Position numbers and translations under genes: made by a program
IMG/VR virus record: IMGVR_UViG_3300010885_061525
Coordinates: 1-64,000 of that record
Strand: one strand, 5' to 3'
Length of the DNA stretch: 64,000 nucleotides
Source: a virus
The notes under the pieces: generated by a model
The model's input: only the letters and a program-made list of their open reading frames with translations
Databases searched by the model: none
What the model was told of the DNA's origin: nothing
In this document: positions 61,101-64,000 of the stretch, piece by piece
Position numbering within the stretch: the stretch's first letter is position 1
How the letters are laid out: every line of letters starts with the position of its first letter

Positions 61101-64000
61101 TCTCTTGGATTTCCTGCGGGAGCCACTTGAGTAACAGGACCTAAGCCTGACGGCGTAGAAGGAGCAGCTTCGCCCGTTTGCTTATTGAATACAACACCTT
61201 GTGTCGCTAACTTATCTTGTATTCTCAATCTTAGCTTAGCCTCATCTCTCATCACCTTTTCAATAGTTTGCTCAATGAAAAGATTGTCTTTCCTGAGAGC
61301 GTTCAACGCCCTATTTTGTTCGGTGAGAGCTTTTATGTCTTCTTTTTGAAGTTTAATTGATGCATTTATTGATCTTAGCGCTTTTTCTGTCTCTGCTAAT
61401 TTGGAGGTGTCAAGAACTGAAGATTCATTTACTTTAGTAGGGTCAGTTGCACTCATGCCAAAAGCGGCAGATCTAACTGCGTTCTTATTGCTTTCCAATA
61501 ATGTTCGCGCGCCAGTTTCTCTCAGAGCTGATGTAGTAGCGGCAGGATCAATATTTGCTCGTAACACTCCAGCCTTAGCTGATAATCTATCCGAATCTTC
61601 TAATCTTTGCTTAACAACCCTTGCTCTTTCTAATTGATTTAATCTACCAAGAGTGCCAACTAACTCCTCGCTTCGTTGTGAAGCTATATTGGGCCTCGCC
61701 TCTTTTAGCCTTGTTAGAAGCTCCGGAGTTGGATTTTGCATTTGCTCCGGAGTCACATTCAATCTTTGAATAGCCTTTTCTCTTGCGTCTGAGAACTCGG
61801 GCTTTATTCCAACATTACTAAGAGATTTTCCAATTCTATTCTGAAGATTCTTTTCTTCTTGGACCGTTCTCTCTACTATTGCTAAAACTTGCCTTCTTAG
61901 TTGAACGTCCGCAGATAGATTCCCCGTCATTTTTAAAGCAGCTTCAGCCTGCCGTTTCTCAAGATCAATGCCATTAGCCTTTGCTTTGTTTATTGCGTTC
62001 TCAAGTTTTAATATTCTATCGTCGTATTCTTGAACTTTACCCGCTTGTTGATTTCTATCCGAAATGGCGGTTCTAAAATTTTTCCTACTCATCTCTACGC
62101 CGCCGCTTTCAAATGATTCTTTTTCAAGTTCCTTTCTTTTCCCAGTCGCCTCCGTCGCAATTTTCTGCGCGGAATCTCTCTTTGCACGAATTTCAGTTAA
62201 CTGCTTTTCAGCGTTCGTTATTCTGTTTATTCCTGCAACTTTATCAGCATCTGATCTCTTTTCATTTTCCGCCCTCTGTAACTCTATAGCCCGTATATTC
62301 TCTTGTGCGTTTTGTTCTTTGATAAGATTGGTTACAACTGATTTAGCCTGAGATTCTGCCTTTTTGGCTAAAGATAACTTTTCATCAATACTTGCCATTT
62401 GAAGAAGTTTCAATCTCGCCGCAGAATTTGATTTATTCGTAGTTGCTTCTTGCACGTTTGCTGCTGCAGTAGTCCCCGCCTTCCCTCCTCCTTTACTAGC
62501 GTCCTCAAGGGCAGTTACTTTAGTCTGAGCCGCTTCCCGATTCTTATCGGCAGCTTCCCAAGCTTTATTCTTAGCTTCAGCAGCTTTTGTTGACGCCGCT
62601 ATCACCGCATTATGCGCCGCCTCTGCTTTAGCAACCGCATCTACTTGAGACTTAATCTCCTTCCAAGTGTTAGCTTGAGCTTGATCAAGAGTTAATAACT
62701 TAGAGGCTTCTAGAATCGAATTCTTTCTGATCTGAAGCGTCCTTTCAGCTGAAGAGACGACAAGTTCACTTTTTGCAATGTCTGCTCGAATAGGAACAAG
62801 ATCTGCTCCTTTTTTGACTTCGTCGAAAGCTCTATTGGCCGCAGATTTTTTGTCGGAGAAAGATTTAAGACTCGCGTCTCTGGCCTTAATATCTGTTTTT
62901 CCAGGGTTCGCTTTACCATAATCTGAAGCGGCTTTGTCATAAGCCTTTTGCGCAGCATCCGATGCTTTTCTTAAACTACCTAATTGATCATTTCTAACCG
63001 TTTCGGCACTGCTCAACTTTCCTTGCAGTGTAGTCAATTCCAGTTTAGCGTATGTCAGACTCCTTGACTCGTCTTTAAGCTGCTTTTTAGCGTCTCGTGT
63101 TTTTAGCGCATCCTCTTGTTTTTTACTAAACGCTTCCTCGGCTGCACGATTTTTTTGCTTGATAGCAACGTCAAGCGCGCTTCCTGTAGCACTAGGAGTT
63201 ATCCCATTTTTTAAGTTGTCTTTGACGAGTTTGGCTTCTTCCGCAGCCCGCTTTGCTCGCATAGTTTCTATCTTTTTGGAGGTTAAGTCGTCCTGAGCTA
63301 TAGCTATAGCTTTATCAGTCGGCTTCGCAGCGTTCTGAGCTTTTTGCGCTTGCTCTAATAATAAACCCTTACTCTTTAAATCTTCTTCAGCGCCTTTAAT
63401 GATCCCAGGTCTATCTGCAGCAGTAGTTTTTGAAACATTAGAAGCGTTTATAAAAGCCTGCTTAGCCTTGTCTCTGGCACTAGTAAGCGGATTTAGCCGT
63501 TCCGCAGCCGCGCTTCTATCGGCCTTTACTTGAGCAAGATGTTCAGCTAACTTGGCAGCACGAGTTGAAGCTCCTATTATTTTACTGTCAAATTTTCTAA
63601 CAGGCTCTAATTCTGGAGCCACTTGTATTTTTACAACTTTACTGGCGGATTTCTGTACAGTCTCAACGGCATTTTTAATAAGAGCGAGTTTTCCAAGTTC
63701 CTGCTCCGCGTTTGGGACAAACGTTGAGTTGTTACGGATAGCCGCCATGACCGTCTTGATACTGGTCAGAAGTGGTGGTATTAATGCTAATTTTCCAGCG
63801 GCATTGGTAAGCTCATTAGTGTTCAACACTATTGACGGAGCTATTTTTGCTTTGCCTATAGTATTTTGAAGATCGGTTACAAGACTATTTGCCGCACTTG
63901 TTACCTGTCCTATTTTGCCTATGTCAAAATCAACCGCAACCTTTTTTCTGATTGTGCTACTGCCTACACTTTTGGATATTCCAGCCAACGCATCTGTAAC
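55112..64000 (-). CDS. Tail tape measure protein (5' end outside window)
   Basis: >2958 aa, Ala/Lys/Gln-rich helical; TP901-type core (AKTLAAAGF...AVEAQDLFEAIKRGG...IGTFLKS); frame open to 64000. Confidence 0.9.
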   Translation of the reverse strand, partial: VTDALAGISKSVGSSTIRKKVAVDFDIGKIGQVTSAANSLVTDLQNTIGKAKIAPSIVLNTNELTNAAGKLALIPPLLTSIKTVMAAIRNNSTFVPNAEQELGKLALIKNAVETVQKSASKVVKIQVAPELEPVRKFDSKIIGASTRAAKLAEHLAQVKADRSAAAERLNPLTSARDKAKQAFINASNVSKTTAADRPGIIKGAEEDLKSKGLLLEQAQKAQNAAKPTDKAIAIAQDDLTSKKIETMRAKRAAEEAKLVKDNLKNGITPSATGSALDVAIKQKNRAAEEAFSKKQEDALKTRDAKKQLKDESRSLTYAKLELTTLQGKLSSAETVRNDQLGSLRKASDAAQKAYDKAASDYGKANPGKTDIKARDASLKSFSDKKSAANRAFDEVKKGADLVPIRADIAKSELVVSSAERTLQIRKNSILEASKLLTLDQAQANTWKEIKSQVDAVAKAEAAHNAVIAASTKAAEAKNKAWEAADKNREAAQTKVTALEDASKGGGKAGTTAAANVQEATTNKSNSAARLKLLQMASIDEKLSLAKKAESQAKSVVTNLIKEQNAQENIRAIELQRAENEKRSDADKVAGINRITNAEKQLTEIRAKRDSAQKIATEATGKRKELEKESFESGGVEMSRKNFRTAISDRNQQAGKVQEYDDRILKLENAINKAKANGIDLEKRQAEAALKMTGNLSADVQLRRQVLAIVERTVQEEKNLQNRIGKSLSNVGIKPEFSDAREKAIQRLNVTPEQMQNPTPELLTRLKEARPNIASQRSEELVGTLGRLNQLERARVVKQRLEDSDRLSAKAGVLRANIDPAATTSALRETGARTLLESNKNAVRSAAFGMSATDPTKVNESSVLDTSKLAETEKALRSINASIKLQKEDIKALTEQNRALNALRKDNLFIEQTIEKVMRDEAKLRLRIQDKLATQGVVFNKQTGEAAPSTPSGLGPVTQVAPAGNPRELALRRLGITEEDLANPDRRAVRDRLASATKPVSDQRQQELQIISARANIEVATEKNIGRLSRLIEKQIELERRKAAFTGGAAPSNADIEAKIVSSNVRKSDSGPEVKTLASARQTLSSSDAAENVATRNKIVVATNAQNEAIKAQGALEAENERRVAATNARNRQRLIEEATERRRQVAEIAAINKLIDQTTLALEKQARAVNNFSRRGGSDANGDPLKPIQIDQQRLRAQATRQVLGDDAGRDLTQIPSQRLSVIRTGSQQRMSEQSAGLRQFNDDLAAVSQGSKSGFEIIAKYGESAFDRVGARVGLATQKLASYAFGAIGLYGLISASRAAIVETALLEKEITSIEQIFDSGFNNTGSLAESFDEASLAAAKTKKQVLDLSEITGETAKSLAVSAKTLAAAGFSRGKPGFDETIRAVSFATLGPSFGSSAEVIDGLIATVNQFNRSLSETPYILGLVNEYSKAYAVEAQDLFEAIKRGGGSFAAVGGNFEDYIKLVTVLREKTREAAPAIGTFLKSLSVRINTPRAEAAMRKLGVDVDNISDPYERLISLATEYQKISKSQGATQSLASIVDVRSVGRLASLLDGLKEVETRILELSAGASDSIVNDARRRLDDIGPAIDKIRASYLRFIEGIYNNPGTKAILRIPVGLGSILSAVPEARIGPVKGADVLNPLAQGAITVGIVAVLRGSIRAYVAGQNSVRLNTQSLDRLRTAIETIRPPGAGGQAIGMAAAIRPGGAGGGIPAGVAGAAAGAARGGGRNLIGRLSGGINPLYGLAAATAAPAIVNTILPMTDMSDANQNIASSSVQGGALGGLTASLLTGNPYIIAGTAIASAGISAYGALTESNAQEKELGKIRDQSNRGSRFNAAEKVIASGELKTDFDLPSANKDTEDYLKAIAKVQEIQKQALKNGFLKKGQQYKVGTGAATTTGGIQDFLISGGAGKSASETNKGEIRESLKQAFGGDEEKIAEAEKGLAATAEFVRNTIISNFQRNARSIPESQDNVETRTAAAEKTAKVLAEKLTVEGVKFDEEKIFKSLRDEFTAVEEGADVFTASITRFKFTFKSLAEISDAAERSLNVFSNALSSSIKSQTSLIGVLVSETQRLSTQLETTKGILSSPFKVGSIQQINTDPTDRNVAAASNAIEAITGQKAQRVNSPEIQSLKNTLNEVFIQFSQADKNVQNNLLLNLEPESLKAIGGLQARATQEEDAAAAKSGSVTSGTTFQSAKDVRAVIDDRLGDLKGLGSAGQKLFDIIQKSGSQGKLPFSLEALGKALQDKNTGGFNSSKLLGVDEAGSAQIAQANALITLANNAYELQAKTIEARAAAEQESYKSQVELAKAIADNRSTIEGFQGALGLKTQRGAAQASLDIQTQALSQRQNIPNSNIIGNKTTAAGLLQTNIETESGSAVVNSSNATTTNDKRSPSNDKNRGKSDDPPKTYRRLKLDAKLSPNLELQLPNTAEQRGLSKDRESRLDDARAKMDRVILEVKDAKTRGQSDDLSIQEPSTAAQQPGDVLRSNQTYKFPAVEERLPYGLQAQLPNTAEQRGLSEDRESRLDKARVIMQKVIQQSRKDKSRGHNSLGPNVSDAIKESDNTNLAAQGKLLADEKLPKVPPTAARAVELPRAPESTTANPLSELTAAISTRDPSKAGSELSIIKQLQTSIEAQRALTADPSMPNNAPSNILELPYIKDLMSQLAALDSSFNISDNVFELSGRLMNLRSSIERGLINSLEVLESQFKLVGSQVDITSKKLSEQKATLESLIGKLYGGTPADNSMNKMTLSRAAGNANDIAAAITRAIPNAKDQGVNTILTNQNVARLVENQIAGLSTKQLTELMDFSRQIGANTLTQSGLSGEQLAAAIQAALASRPEFQALGIDVKTTDIKSTVDQANKLIQDAQKIATEIQSARMQMDKSTSANLSIMNDQVSSLTAAISAIPKQINVVISGVKDISVTFDLTKVEESMRTVGDKVFDNVIGKLREVFQASNIPLPGL
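56420..56726 (-). repeat. 61-nt near-identical direct repeat in the tape measure gene
   Basis: 56420-56480 and 56666-56726, one mismatch, encoding QLPNTAEQRGLS[KE]DRESRLD. Confidence 0.85.

Noticed and set aside
55134-63869. + strand ORFs within the tape measure gene, and other short antisense ORFs such as those within nrdJ
   Set aside because: Shadow frames of long genuine genes with no motifs
1-64000. Genome-wide stop-codon recoding
   Set aside because: Conserved genes are intact in code 11, TGG encodes Trp, and TGA/TAG end genes at natural boundaries; only one internal TGA was seen

Overview
A 64-kb segment of a large, AT-rich tailed-phage genome using the standard genetic code; no cellular housekeeping genes are present. 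A secreted cohesin/dockerin protein and Cys-rich motifs suggest a Planctomycetota (Phycisphaerae-like) host, but this is inference. The + strand carries the end of a tail-fibre block, tRNA-Arg(UCU), a sigma-70-type factor, nucleotide metabolism genes (ThyX, class II RNR, dUTPase, dNMP kinase), a replication/recombination set (RecA, DnaB, DnaG, RecB-like nuclease, DnaQ, SSB, SSAP, and a DNA Pol III alpha split into two genes 7.3 kb apart with no intein), 7 glycosyltransferases and 3 methyltransferases. The - strand from about 45 to 64 kb is a tail module ending in a >2950-aa tape measure protein that runs off the window. Most notable: (1) about ten proteins in four islands share a short N-terminal amphipathic leader (L-x-x-[ILVF]-[LI]-[NDS]-K-[IL]) fused to variable Cys-rich, membrane-helical or small phage-domain payloads, and all lie downstream of a recurring GTGTAT motif. 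This is a candidate leader-addressed virion-cargo/effector system. (2) An in-frame TGA at a likely Trp position splits a tail protein. (3) The intein-free split DnaE. All family assignments are from motif recognition, not database searches.
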